From a virus: a stretch of 64,000 nucleotides of DNA. How positions within the stretch are numbered: the stretch's first letter is position 1; every line of letters starts with the position of its first letter. The stretch lies in IMG/VR virus record IMGVR_UViG_3300045999_009829; one strand, given 5' to 3'. The notes beneath the pieces were generated by a model. It was not told where the DNA came from. It saw nothing but the letters and a program-made list of their open reading frames with translations, and searched no databases. The position numbers were made by a program, and so were the translations under genes. Of the stretch, positions 55,901 through 64,000 are shown piece by piece.

Positions 55901-56506
55901 GACCGAATAGCTGTTACCGCCGTTGGAGACTCGGATGACGTCGATTGTCCCGGGGACGGCATTCCCTACAACAGCCGAATTGGACAGAATAGGAATAAAG
56001 CTAGCGCTCGTGAACTTCGCGTTGGACGTGGCGTCGACGCTGTACATGTACTTCCAGACGTAGTCGTCTCCCGTCTGAAATGTTCCGCTAGTTGCGGTCA
56101 GAGTGGGCTTTACAGTCGATGCCCTTCCTCCGGCATTGTCGATGCACTTGAATACTGCGTACTGATCCGTAATGACATAGAATGATGTCGAGTATAGGTT
56201 GGCGTCACTCTGGTCGTAGCGAGAGTAGACGGTGTTCGACGTCCAGTTATACCTCGGAGCCACGTGGTTGATGTCGGTGGGCTCTATCTTCTTGCCAAAC
56301 ATGATGTCGTTGTAGGTATCAAGCTGAACCTGCACGACTGAATCGTTGGCGACTTGCACCGCTGTGTCGTCGTTGCCGCCAGACGAGTTGGCCCATGGCT
56401 GCGGCCGCGACACAAACATGTAGTAGGTGTTGTTGGCGTGCTCGACACTCTCAACGTAGGTGTTGACCTCGTTGATGTGGTGATTGATTGTAAGCAATGA
56501 CGTCAT
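52907..56506 (-). CDS. gp8: baseplate wedge protein, enlarged by inserted domains
   Basis: PRYNWTSNTVY..YD, FYVITD..VFKCIDN, DDYVWKYMY, ISPLEGHGFDP..ELG, SGRVLYIEN...EELRLIIKF. Confidence 0.85.
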   Translation of the reverse strand: MTSLLTINHHINEVNTYVESVEHANNTYYMFVSRPQPWANSSGGNDDTAVQVANDSVVQVQLDTYNDIMFGKKIEPTDINHVAPRYNWTSNTVYSRYDQSDANLYSTSFYVITDQYAVFKCIDNAGGRASTVKPTLTATSGTFQTGDDYVWKYMYSVDATSNAKFTSASFIPILSNSAVVGNAVPGTIDVIRVSNGGNSYSVYESGFIDAIVDTLTIKLPDDSSSADGHYVKSSIYLKSGFGAGQVREIISYVGPTRSATIDSPIETYTRLDFANSVTISGGTVGETVRQEIDSINYVFSTGYFNAGANVVQTTSGVAATVLSANSNVLRLSKFNKDQDFTVGLAIRDLSDTGALRTDKVNISNASTLGLGIVLTAGSGYTGNATVTITSNSGSGGVANAQANSTGKIVAINISNTGTGYISEPTVTVSAPTAQTFNANTDVTGGTGEGSNNIVLLATANSFAVGDQIRYTVSAGNTVIGGLTNNSVYFIQFSNSTVVAFSNTSNTSPGNRIALTKGATQTGHTLQGIRATGRIVPTSMYAVNAAAASTLAAEYSVGNFFRVGENANNNIKRISSVNSTVVIVDSPFSSTLLSANTYKLSTALLPSSITTTVASGIISNTNLDSIRLTISNTTVAGASFILGERVDFVTSANASLNANGTVAYSNSSTLFIAGISGTWYSGQRVRGNSSELAADIVTLDSNPNVTVRNPSGTYTLGDPVDFRSTTGSNTGLATLTSIVNLSRGAIEYEIAPTVRITGDGNGAIAVATVNPNTGFSNAIQSVSVISPGSGYTQANVVVYSNTLYGSGAVVAPVISPLEGHGFDPISELGARYAGMTIKFDTTANESWYFPSNVSFRRIGILKNPKFANCTAQTVNYTSVDLNLANQAGSWVPNEYVLQATTNAVGKVISSNSTVLRLYDTTGVFAQSNTIAGLTSGASANVSGVTSVRFIEGENVLQVNTNASGKISLYVGNTTLYLSNVVGSLANNQVIRGLQSNAVATVSSIFSADGSRNLSTTFADRFNQTSRLTINSNTGAFANFETITQAQTNATGRVILTGYDLDLQVNSVSGSFSIGDTVTNSNTSANAKCVFANSSYIKLTAVSNTSLFPANSVINNGLGSTATVQRNYQVVIVSDVSRANNFETGSQLVTGQNTGSVATLSLVTDPDLTRESGRVLYIENSNSVITRSLNSTEELRLIIKF
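52942..52948 (-). promoter_or_regulatory. late promoter-like TTAAATA upstream of the VrlC-like gene
   Basis: About 55 nt before the ATG at 52889. Confidence 0.4.
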
Positions 56507-56521
56507 CTTTGTTTTACACCA

Positions 56522-58765
56522 CTACTGCTGTTGTATTGATGAACCGGCAACTGTAGCCGCATCGCCCTCGATGTAGTCTATCGAGCGATATCGACCGTAT
56601 AGAGCAATGCCCGCCGGATGGACAAGGTTTCTTACCAGCTTGTCGTACGACTCTAGCATCCTCTGCGCCACAATCTCGTACGAGTAGTTCTGGTAGAACA
56701 GTCCATCCTGGATCTTATCTACATCACTCGGGAAACTCTTTCTATTTAACCACCTACCGGTGCCCTTGCCGGTGCCGTAGACTATTGCAGATCCTAGGAC
56801 CGTGGTGTCGTTCCCTGTCAGGTTCAGACTTACGCTCTCTGTATCAAGGTAACCAAAGCCCGAGTCGATCACGTCAACCGCTGATATCACTCCGTTGCCG
56901 GATATGATAGTTGAGTCGACGATCGCGTTGTTTCCCTTTTGGCTGCCGTCGATGTCGAACAGGTTGAGCGATATGATCGAAGGCTCCTTGACCGTTATGA
57001 ATGGACGGGTCAGATATCCAGAGCCTGGATTTATGGCAGTCAGTGACGCGATCGTGCCTATCTCTTCGGTTGTCTCTGGAGTTACGTCGGTGATGACAGA
57101 GTCCAGGTTATCAAATACGGTGATGGAGTTAGCAAAGTTCCAATCTGTCAGTCGTACCACTGAACTGATAGTCGCCGACCCTGCAGCGTTGCTGTTGTTC
57201 AGGGTAGATGTAGTCACGAAGTATCCGTTGACCGACGACAGTCTGATCTGAGACGAATTTGCAGCCTCTACCAACCCGGCGCCGTTAACGGTCTCCTTTA
57301 CAGGTTGATGGATGAGCTGTATAGAGCTTCCGGACACGTTGCCGACAAGTATTGACCCCGAGATGAGGTTTGCGTTGGTCAGGTCTGCATCGGTGCCGGT
57401 GCACAAGATGAGAGACTCATCTGCCCTGTACACGTAGAGTCCCGATATACCTAGCGCTGTATTGCTGAGTCCCTCGTCCTTTTGGATGAGAGTGTTCGAG
57501 GTCGGAATGCACTCGATGGTGATTGAGTTGGCGGAGCTAGTGACCGTGGCGCCAGTGCCGAACGTGCCGGACACTCCCGAAACGTCCAGGGCATATGAAT
57601 TAGCGCCACTCGAGTCCAATTGAATTGATAGGTATGGATCAAGCACATCAGCGATGAACGTGATGGATTCCTTGTTGATGATAGATCCTACTCTGAAGGA
57701 TGCTCTCTCGCCGGTACCGCCAGTTACTCTTGTAATCGTGGTGTTACTGGAAGATCCCTGCAGCACGTTACCCGGTGTGAACTGTAGAGACGGACTGAAG
57801 TCAACTAGCTGGACGAACACGCTGTTTGAAAATACGACTGTCCCGTTGGCGTTGGTGGTGGTATCCACAACCACATCGCCCACCACCATGGGGAACACCA
57901 TCTCAGTGACGTTGAGATTTAGAGTTTTTGCAACCGTGACAACTGCATTTAACGTGTAGCCTGATCCGCCGTCGACCAGAAGAAAGTCAACTGAACCCGT
58001 GAAGTTATTGGAGATTGCAGCGACTCTAGCCCGACCCTCCACACCAGCGCCGCTTACGTCAAGTATGTCACCGACGGAATAATTCTGTCCACCGTCAGTG
58101 ATGGCAATAGCAAGCAGTGATCCCCTGACTATCGGAGCATCGTCGACTGAATACCCTCCCAGCGCAAGCGGTATGATCTTGTCGCCGTTCTTGAACTCGC
58201 CGATGACTGACGAGAGCTCCAGGACGTTGATCGTTCTGCCCTGAACAACTCGTCTGGAGTAGTTTTCAACAATGGCCGTGGCGGTACCGTCAGAATTCGT
58301 TATGTCAGTCCCAATCAGCTGCGCCAGGAAGGGACTGGATGTTACCTCGAGGTACCTAGGGATGGTCCAGGTGTTGTCGGACGGCTTGAATATGAACTCG
58401 TTGGGTACATAGATCTCTATGTCTTCGTTGAACGCCAGCCTGAATAGCAGCTCGTAGCCGAGTCGAGATCCCTTTGACCTGTATAGGTCGGTTATGTGCT
58501 TGATCAGAAGTCTCTTGTCAGCAACCACCGACTCGGGTAAGTTGGCGATGTACTGCGTGCGGAAGTTCTCGATGAAGTCGTCTGTGGTCAGGTCTACGTC
58601 GGCATATTCCAGGAGTGATCTGGAGGCACTTGTTACGTTGTTGCTCTGCTCCATCCACTCGTAGTATGCCTTTACGAAGGCTACAAAGTTCTTGCCTTCA
58701 GACCTATAGAACGAAGGAAACTGTTGGGCTATAAAGGGTGAGATAAACTTTTCGATGTTGCTCAT
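56522..58765 (-). CDS. baseplate wedge protein (gp7-like)
   Basis: QFPSFYR...FVKAYYEWME, IKHITDLYRSKGS, IQDGLFYQNYSYEI, LVHPAG. Confidence 0.8.
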   Translation of the reverse strand: MSNIEKFISPFIAQQFPSFYRSEGKNFVAFVKAYYEWMEQSNNVTSASRSLLEYADVDLTTDDFIENFRTQYIANLPESVVADKRLLIKHITDLYRSKGSRLGYELLFRLAFNEDIEIYVPNEFIFKPSDNTWTIPRYLEVTSSPFLAQLIGTDITNSDGTATAIVENYSRRVVQGRTINVLELSSVIGEFKNGDKIIPLALGGYSVDDAPIVRGSLLAIAITDGGQNYSVGDILDVSGAGVEGRARVAAISNNFTGSVDFLLVDGGSGYTLNAVVTVAKTLNLNVTEMVFPMVVGDVVVDTTTNANGTVVFSNSVFVQLVDFSPSLQFTPGNVLQGSSSNTTITRVTGGTGERASFRVGSIINKESITFIADVLDPYLSIQLDSSGANSYALDVSGVSGTFGTGATVTSSANSITIECIPTSNTLIQKDEGLSNTALGISGLYVYRADESLILCTGTDADLTNANLISGSILVGNVSGSSIQLIHQPVKETVNGAGLVEAANSSQIRLSSVNGYFVTTSTLNNSNAAGSATISSVVRLTDWNFANSITVFDNLDSVITDVTPETTEEIGTIASLTAINPGSGYLTRPFITVKEPSIISLNLFDIDGSQKGNNAIVDSTIISGNGVISAVDVIDSGFGYLDTESVSLNLTGNDTTVLGSAIVYGTGKGTGRWLNRKSFPSDVDKIQDGLFYQNYSYEIVAQRMLESYDKLVRNLVHPAGIALYGRYRSIDYIEGDAATVAGSSIQQQ

Positions 58766-58768
58766 CCC

Positions 58769-60592
58769 TTAGGCCTTTCTAACGGTGACCGATATTCCGG
58801 ACTCGATGTCGATCGCGATCACGTCGTTTTCCTTGGACTGTATGTCCTGCAGCAGTGGCTTTGCGTAGAACAGGATCCCGTCGTTGCCCTCCAGAGACGT
58901 GAGCACGATGGAGTTCAGGGTTATGGAGCCCGTGCTGTAGTCCACGGTGCCCGCTGGTGAGTACGACACCGCACCGGGATTTGTGATATTCTTAAGATAG
59001 ACCGCATTTGTCGAGTTCACGATCGTGGTCTTGTTATCGGTCACGGTCACCGATAGAGTCTGCTGGTTTGGATTGTAGTCGGTGTACTCGAACCTGCTCC
59101 CGTCTGAGATGAAAGCAGACGAGGTTATTGTTCCGGGGACTATGGCGTTCCTGAATGTCACGCTGGGGAACGTGCGCTGTAGAATGAGCGCCTTGAAGTC
59201 CTTGCGGAGAGTGAGTTCGGTGGTGTTTGTCTGTATCGAGGGATCGGCGTCGTTGATTGCAGCCTCAAGTCGAGAGAGCTTAAGCTCCACATTGAAGTCA
59301 ACAAGCTCTGAGCTGTTGTAGTTCTCGATGGCCTGCTTGATTGCAGCCTCGATGTCGGCAGGACTCAGTGTCGTGTCCGCGTCGCTGTATGCAGCGTTGG
59401 TATCCACCTCAATGAAGAGGTAGTCAGGGTCGATCACGACTGGATCTATCCCGATGGTTGTTCTAGCCTTGAGGTATGACTGAATGTCAGACTTCTGGTT
59501 CAGCGATGGGATGTCGCCAGAGAATGTCAGGGGAACTACAAACACCCTGCCGAACGCCGGCGTTCCGGTGATCTGGTCACCGCCGTATGCCCTCACGCTC
59601 TTGACGTACTGAAACTGTTGGGTGACAAGCGCTTCAAAGTCGTTTGGGGTGATTGCCCTGTCCTGCGTCTGATAGGACCTCGGAGCTCTGAACCTGATCT
59701 CGTCCAGTGTCTCTGGATCACTGCCACCCGAGCTCGTGTTGACAACCGTTATTGTCGGAGCTATGGCGGATCCAAAGCCGTTTAGGCTCCCTAGGTTATC
59801 CGAAAGTATGAACCCCGTGCACTCGTCGCCCGCGGCACCGGCGACGTTCCTGTACGACGCTGTAACTACGGCGGAGTCTTTGGGTCTCCTTCCGAACACC
59901 CCGTCACCGAACACCAGTTCGTACCTGGAGTCGTCAGTCGCCTGCAGGAAGTAGATATTAGAGTTGGATGTCAGACCGAAGAGGCTGGTCGCCAGCGTAA
60001 ACTGAGTGTTGGTCTGCCCCTGGTCTTCCGACACGACGACCTGCACAGAGTCGGTGTCTATTGTCTCGTTCGACATTATGAATCGCTGACCCTCGGTGGA
60101 GTAGTCGACAACGAACGAATCCGTAACTATGGATCCCTCGTACACGCTCACGTTGCTAGCCCTGAAGGCGCCGTTTGCCGGGTAGAGGATCTGAGACTCG
60201 TTGGTCAGGAACTGGAATGTCCCTCTGGAATTCCTTGCTATGAACCTGGTGTTCTCTGGTATGGTGAACTTCTGCAGGCCCGACTGAAGGAACACCAGAT
60301 TGATGACTGCTCTGGAAGACTTAGCGGACCTGGGCGTGTAGTTCAGAGCCTTGGCGACGGATACCACGGAGTTCCTGAGCTGTGCGGAATCCAGGAACAT
60401 CTCAGACGCTACCATGTTTAGGTAGAACGCGTTGAGGTGCGTGTTGTATGTCAAGATGTCCAGAAGTACGGACATGTTCGACCCGTCAAAGTCGTAGTCA
60501 GAGAACTGAGCTTGACCCTTGAGGTACGTCTTTAGCTGTGTCTTTAGAGTGTCAAAGTCCAGGTTGACCAGACTTATCGAGTTGTTTGCCAT
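58769..60592 (-). CDS. gp6: baseplate wedge subunit
   Basis: LDFDTLK..LK.YL, DYDFDGSNMSVLLDIL.YNTH, FLDSAQLRNSVVS.AK.L.YTPRS, FGDGVFGR. Confidence 0.96.
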   Translation of the reverse strand: MANNSISLVNLDFDTLKTQLKTYLKGQAQFSDYDFDGSNMSVLLDILTYNTHLNAFYLNMVASEMFLDSAQLRNSVVSVAKALNYTPRSAKSSRAVINLVFLQSGLQKFTIPENTRFIARNSRGTFQFLTNESQILYPANGAFRASNVSVYEGSIVTDSFVVDYSTEGQRFIMSNETIDTDSVQVVVSEDQGQTNTQFTLATSLFGLTSNSNIYFLQATDDSRYELVFGDGVFGRRPKDSAVVTASYRNVAGAAGDECTGFILSDNLGSLNGFGSAIAPTITVVNTSSGGSDPETLDEIRFRAPRSYQTQDRAITPNDFEALVTQQFQYVKSVRAYGGDQITGTPAFGRVFVVPLTFSGDIPSLNQKSDIQSYLKARTTIGIDPVVIDPDYLFIEVDTNAAYSDADTTLSPADIEAAIKQAIENYNSSELVDFNVELKLSRLEAAINDADPSIQTNTTELTLRKDFKALILQRTFPSVTFRNAIVPGTITSSAFISDGSRFEYTDYNPNQQTLSVTVTDNKTTIVNSTNAVYLKNITNPGAVSYSPAGTVDYSTGSITLNSIVLTSLEGNDGILFYAKPLLQDIQSKENDVIAIDIESGISVTVRKA

Positions 60593-61014
60593 TAGCGCAC
60601 TCTTCTTAGAATTATGTCAAGGCTCTGGGGTTGCATGTTATTTATTAAAGCAAATATGATTGTGACGTTGACGGAAACTTCATCCGACTGAGGACTGACT
60701 ATGATATCTATTAGAGTCACTCTAGGCTCGTTTGACTCTATGACGTTTTTGATGCTGCTCCTCAAGTCGTCTGCAAGGAACGCGTCGTTGGGCTCAAACA
60801 GTGATCCGGTGACCGTTGATCCGATCGTGGGCTGAAACAGCCTCTCTCCGATGTTGGTGAGGACCAGGTTCTTCACAGACTGCTTTACAGATTGGTCGTT
60901 CCTCACCCGCATCAGGTCCTTGGTGACTGGATGCGGCGTTAGGTCATCAAAGAAGTCCGAGTATAGGTCCGGGACCTTCTGTATCTGTGTGTACCTGTCG
61001 GCTCTAGTTGACAT
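60592..61014 (-). CDS. gp25: baseplate wedge subunit
   Basis: YSDF...HPVTKDL...SVKQSVKNLVLTNIGERLFQP, EPRV. Confidence 0.95.
   Translation of the reverse strand: MSTRADRYTQIQKVPDLYSDFFDDLTPHPVTKDLMRVRNDQSVKQSVKNLVLTNIGERLFQPTIGSTVTGSLFEPNDAFLADDLRSSIKNVIESNEPRVTLIDIIVSPQSDEVSVNVTIIFALINNMQPQSLDIILRRVR
60639..60646 (-). promoter_or_regulatory. late promoter-like AATAAATA upstream of gp6
   Basis: About 47 nt before the gp6 ATG. Confidence 0.5.
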
Positions 61015-61029
61015 CTCTGATTATCCTAC

Positions 61030-61752
61030 CTAGTCGTTCAGGCGAATCTGCGTGCCGTTGATGTAGACAACACCCTGGGCAGTAACTGTAATCGGACCGC
61101 CTGCAGTTGTTATGGTGATGGAACTGCCCGCCTTAATCTCCACAGTATCTGATGCATCAATCTCCATGGTCCTGCACTTGACCTTGAACAGGCCTGTCAT
61201 GTTGATCTCTGCATTCTTGCCCGTGACGAACCAGTCGTCGTTCAGCACGTCCGTCCTTGTGCCCTTCACGTCGGTCGAGCATGCGCCTTCAATCCCGGTA
61301 TTCATGTCGCCGCGGATAGCAGTCGTGCAAGATCCGTTGATGCTCTCGGTCTTGTCCCGCTCCGTGTGCACCTCTCTGACACCGCCCACGCCGTCAACTA
61401 GATCATCGCCCACTGCGGTGAACTTCTTGCCCGCCACGTTCTCATACGATGACTTGTCGATGTTCAGTGCGTAGGTGCCGCCGATCTTTATGTCTGCATG
61501 CGAGTCTATGGTCTGCGTAAACGTGCCCTTGAAGTAGTTGTAGACTTTCTCCACCACAGTTTGAACCCATCGACCAGATTTCTCTATCTCGACGTATGTG
61601 CCAGTGGTGTGCGCTACCCTCAAGCTCTCGTTTCCGGGAGCGTCGTTGATGTGGAACTCGTGACCACTTCTGGTGATCGTCGCTTGGTTGTAGGGATACT
61701 CAGTCGAGAAAGTAGACTGTGGGTGTCTCCTGTTGGAGCCGCTGTCTGACAT
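61030..61752 (-). CDS. baseplate spike, gp5 C-terminal beta-helix part
   Basis: YPYNQATITRSGHEFHINDAPGNE.LRVAHTTGTYVEI; VxG-type repeats; ends I.LN. Confidence 0.85.
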   Translation of the reverse strand: MSDSGSNRRHPQSTFSTEYPYNQATITRSGHEFHINDAPGNESLRVAHTTGTYVEIEKSGRWVQTVVEKVYNYFKGTFTQTIDSHADIKIGGTYALNIDKSSYENVAGKKFTAVGDDLVDGVGGVREVHTERDKTESINGSCTTAIRGDMNTGIEGACSTDVKGTRTDVLNDDWFVTGKNAEINMTGLFKVKCRTMEIDASDTVEIKAGSSITITTAGGPITVTAQGVVYINGTQIRLND

Positions 61753-61753
61753 G

Positions 61754-63289
61754 TCAAATGCTCCTGAACGCGTTTTCCATCTGAGCCCTTCTTATAGCTA
61801 GAACAGACTGAGCTTGTGTGAACCTCTGCATGGACTGCTGTATGGCTCCCGAGTTAGGGAGCACGGACACGGAGATGCTTGGGTTGAAGAGTCCAGTCAG
61901 GCTTGCATATATCTGCGGGACAAGTCTGGCTGCAGCCGCAAGAATCTGAACTGGGTTACCGCCGCCGATTACGCTACGGAGAGCCGATGCCTGCGCCACT
62001 CCAGTTGCCTGACTCAGTATTGATTGTAGGTTGGTCGTATTTAGAGTTCCAGTTCGTATCGCGTTGAACAGGCTGGATCTGATGGCGCCGCTTACGTCAA
62101 AGCTAGCCTGCTGTTGGGCGCTCACGAAGTTCGGCTGCCCATTTCTAAGAGTGAAGGCAGGAGTGCCCGCACCAGTCGGGTCGTTCCATCTGATGTATCC
62201 GGGGTATGGATCTCTAGCAAATGAGTGATACTCTTGGACATAGCCGGCCGGCGCCGTTAAGACTACAGACACGGGCCTAAAGGCTTCTGTTGGAGCCCTT
62301 GACCGGATCTCTTGCTGAGTCTGACCAAGTCTCCTGCGCAGCGTCTGCGGGGTGTTTGACCCACGCTGGATTGCAGTCTGGATGTTGGTGTACGAGCGAA
62401 GCAGCGCCCTGGTGCCGGTGTCGATGGAGTTTAGTGCAGCAGGTGCGCCGCAGATGCCCCCTGACTGCAGTGCATCAAATGCCGCTCTGAAGTTAGCGAG
62501 GGCAAACGCCGCTTGATCTAGTGCTCTCAGGACGCTGTTGACACCTAACTGCTCCATCAGATCAAGTATGGTCCTAGTTAGAGCATCGGCAACCACGTTG
62601 ATGAAACCTGCGGCAATTGCGCCCAGATCTATGGATATGGTGAGTCTTGTCGCCGCACCCGGAAAGCACTGCAGCGCTGCTATCTGATTCTGCGGATCTA
62701 CCTGATTCAGTATGGCGAGGATGTCTCCAGCCTGCGGATCGGCAGATGCAGTTGTCGGCGCCTCAGCGTATGTCATCCCCTCCTCTACGGCGGAAGTGAT
62801 CACGGCGCCCTCGGTGTTGTTGACCTCGTCGACGCTTATCTCACCGGAGTTAATCGAGGACACAAGGATCCTCTCTGGCGCTAGGGATGAGTACGGGTTG
62901 TTTGGACTGTTTACAGTAGCAGATGGAATGCTGCCGAATGCGGTATTGACCGCTGGGGCGCCGCCTTCAGTCTGACCTGAAACCGGTGCGCCTGCCCGAC
63001 CGACCGTCCCCATCACCAGCGGATACTGCTGGTCCCTATCGAGCCAGTGTCCGAATACTCTAGTCCCCACCACTATTCCAACTGGTGCAGTTCCTATTCT
63101 ACCGATAGCAGCAGAAGTAACCGGCTGAATGACCTGGGCCCAGGGTAGATCCTCATCTGGAATGTTGATGACGTCGTCATGGCGACCGAACACACGAACC
63201 TGGACTCTGCCAGACTCGTGTGGATCCATGACGTTGGCGACAATGCCGATCCAGGTGGTGGTGTTCTCTCCGAAGTTTCTCTCAGTCAT
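61754..63289 (-). CDS. baseplate hub, gp5 N-terminal OB-fold part
   Basis: WIGIVANVMDP..SGRVQVRVFGRH...DLPWA..QP, GTRVFGHWLD...QYPLVMG. Confidence 0.85.
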   Translation of the reverse strand: MTERNFGENTTTWIGIVANVMDPHESGRVQVRVFGRHDDVINIPDEDLPWAQVIQPVTSAAIGRIGTAPVGIVVGTRVFGHWLDRDQQYPLVMGTVGRAGAPVSGQTEGGAPAVNTAFGSIPSATVNSPNNPYSSLAPERILVSSINSGEISVDEVNNTEGAVITSAVEEGMTYAEAPTTASADPQAGDILAILNQVDPQNQIAALQCFPGAATRLTISIDLGAIAAGFINVVADALTRTILDLMEQLGVNSVLRALDQAAFALANFRAAFDALQSGGICGAPAALNSIDTGTRALLRSYTNIQTAIQRGSNTPQTLRRRLGQTQQEIRSRAPTEAFRPVSVVLTAPAGYVQEYHSFARDPYPGYIRWNDPTGAGTPAFTLRNGQPNFVSAQQQASFDVSGAIRSSLFNAIRTGTLNTTNLQSILSQATGVAQASALRSVIGGGNPVQILAAAARLVPQIYASLTGLFNPSISVSVLPNSGAIQQSMQRFTQAQSVLAIRRAQMENAFRSI

Positions 63290-63999
63290 TAAAGCGCCTC
63301 CTCATAGCGACCCTTGATTCCCTCGATGGAGCACGTGTATCTAGGCCTGTCAGTTGCCGTACCGATCCTGTGGTGTATCCTAGTGATCAGCACCTTACCA
63401 GTGATCAAGGGATCTTCTGATGGAGCGTCGGTGAATGACTTGCGGTTAGGCAAGGTGCAATTGATCGTGGCTCCGGCGGTGAGCACCGTATCTCCTATGA
63501 CCTTGATCCTCAGCGAGTTCTGCATCAATAGCGCTATGAGCGCCTGAGTGTCGGGCGTAGCCTCTGGGATGAACGTCTCGGGCCTCTGCGAGATGTCTAC
63601 CGGGATCATCGACTGCGGTGGAGTATCTGAGGTAAAGTACTTGTTTTGGAATGCCCGACTGTCTAGCGATCCTGCACCGCCGACAGCAGCAAAGGTAGAC
63701 TCGCTTGTCTCGACATTCCTGGTCTCAAACTGCCACGTGGTAAAGTTGAACGTGACTATTCTTCTTGGACCGCCGTACGCGATTCGATCTGTGGAGCTGA
63801 ACTGGTTTGGGATCCTGAACGCGATTATGTTGTCATCGCCCCTGGCAAAGATGGAGGTGTTGATGGCGTCGGACATCTGAAAGTCCTTGACCGTGGATTC
63901 GCTAAAAAGCTTTTCAAGCGTCACAAAGTTGAACGTCTGCTGCTCGTTCCTTCTGTTCTCAAAGAACACATAGAAGGATGACCTCTGGTCCGCGGATAC
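63289..63999 (-). CDS. baseplate hub protein (gp27-like), 5' end outside the window
   Basis: SSFYVFFEN...FNFVTLEKL, IKVIGD..LTAG..I, GKVLITRIHH; frame is open to the window edge. Confidence 0.65.
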   Translation of the reverse strand, partial: VSADQRSSFYVFFENRRNEQQTFNFVTLEKLFSESTVKDFQMSDAINTSIFARGDDNIIAFRIPNQFSSTDRIAYGGPRRIVTFNFTTWQFETRNVETSESTFAAVGGAGSLDSRAFQNKYFTSDTPPQSMIPVDISQRPETFIPEATPDTQALIALLMQNSLRIKVIGDTVLTAGATINCTLPNRKSFTDAPSEDPLITGKVLITRIHHRIGTATDRPRYTCSIEGIKGRYEEAL

Positions 64000-64000
64000 G

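Noticed and set aside
46734-58765. Absence of recognisable gp9-gp12, wac and gp24 as a novelty
   Set aside because: Replacement by large VrlC-like and enlarged wedge proteins is the usual layout in non-enteric T4-like phages.
354-63880. Numerous short plus-strand ORFs in the track
   Set aside because: All overlap well-supported minus-strand genes and have no recognisable motifs, as expected from antisense frames of biased coding sequence.
1-64000. tRNA/rRNA genes or alternative genetic code
   Set aside because: No cloverleaf-like sequence was seen in the few intergenic gaps. Core genes translate full length with the standard code and use all three stop codons.

Overview
This is a 64-kb segment of a T4-like (Tevenvirinae/Kyanoviridae-type architecture) myophage genome. 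All credible genes are on the minus strand. Read in transcription order (right to left), it has five parts. (1) A baseplate module: gp27-like hub, gp5 split into two genes, gp25, gp6, gp7-like, gp8 and a 2051-aa VrlC/DUF4815-like protein. (2) An accessory island of about 21 kb (25.1-46.5 kb) between the baseplate and neck genes. It holds fibre proteins, three RCC1-repeat beta-propeller genes, a BspA-type LRR protein and about 13 interleaved enzyme genes: 4 2OG-Fe(II) oxygenases, 5 glycosyltransferases, a sulfotransferase, an APS kinase/nucleotidyltransferase fusion, a methyltransferase and a CxxCxxCC protein. (3) The core head/neck/tail block gp13-gp23 plus gp3 and a PAAR protein. (4) uvsY, uvsW, gp55, gp47 and gp46. 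(5) A DNA-modification/repair block: degenerate peptide deformylase, GIY-YIG homing endonuclease, DenV-like glycosylase, MazG-like, UDG-like, PD-(D/E)XK nuclease and a GREB1/TAGT-like glycosyltransferase. The best candidate for a new system is the late-expressed island. It looks like a virion-surface pathway for hydroxylation, glycosylation, sulfation and methylation with its own putative mini PAPS synthase, linked to repeat proteins with constant frameworks and variable loops. Other oddities are a catalytically dead deformylase, a probable ATT start codon at a homing-endonuclease junction, antisense sigma70-type promoters at gp55 and gp17, and a candidate late small RNA behind gp23. All family assignments come from motif recognition by eye; no database search was run.
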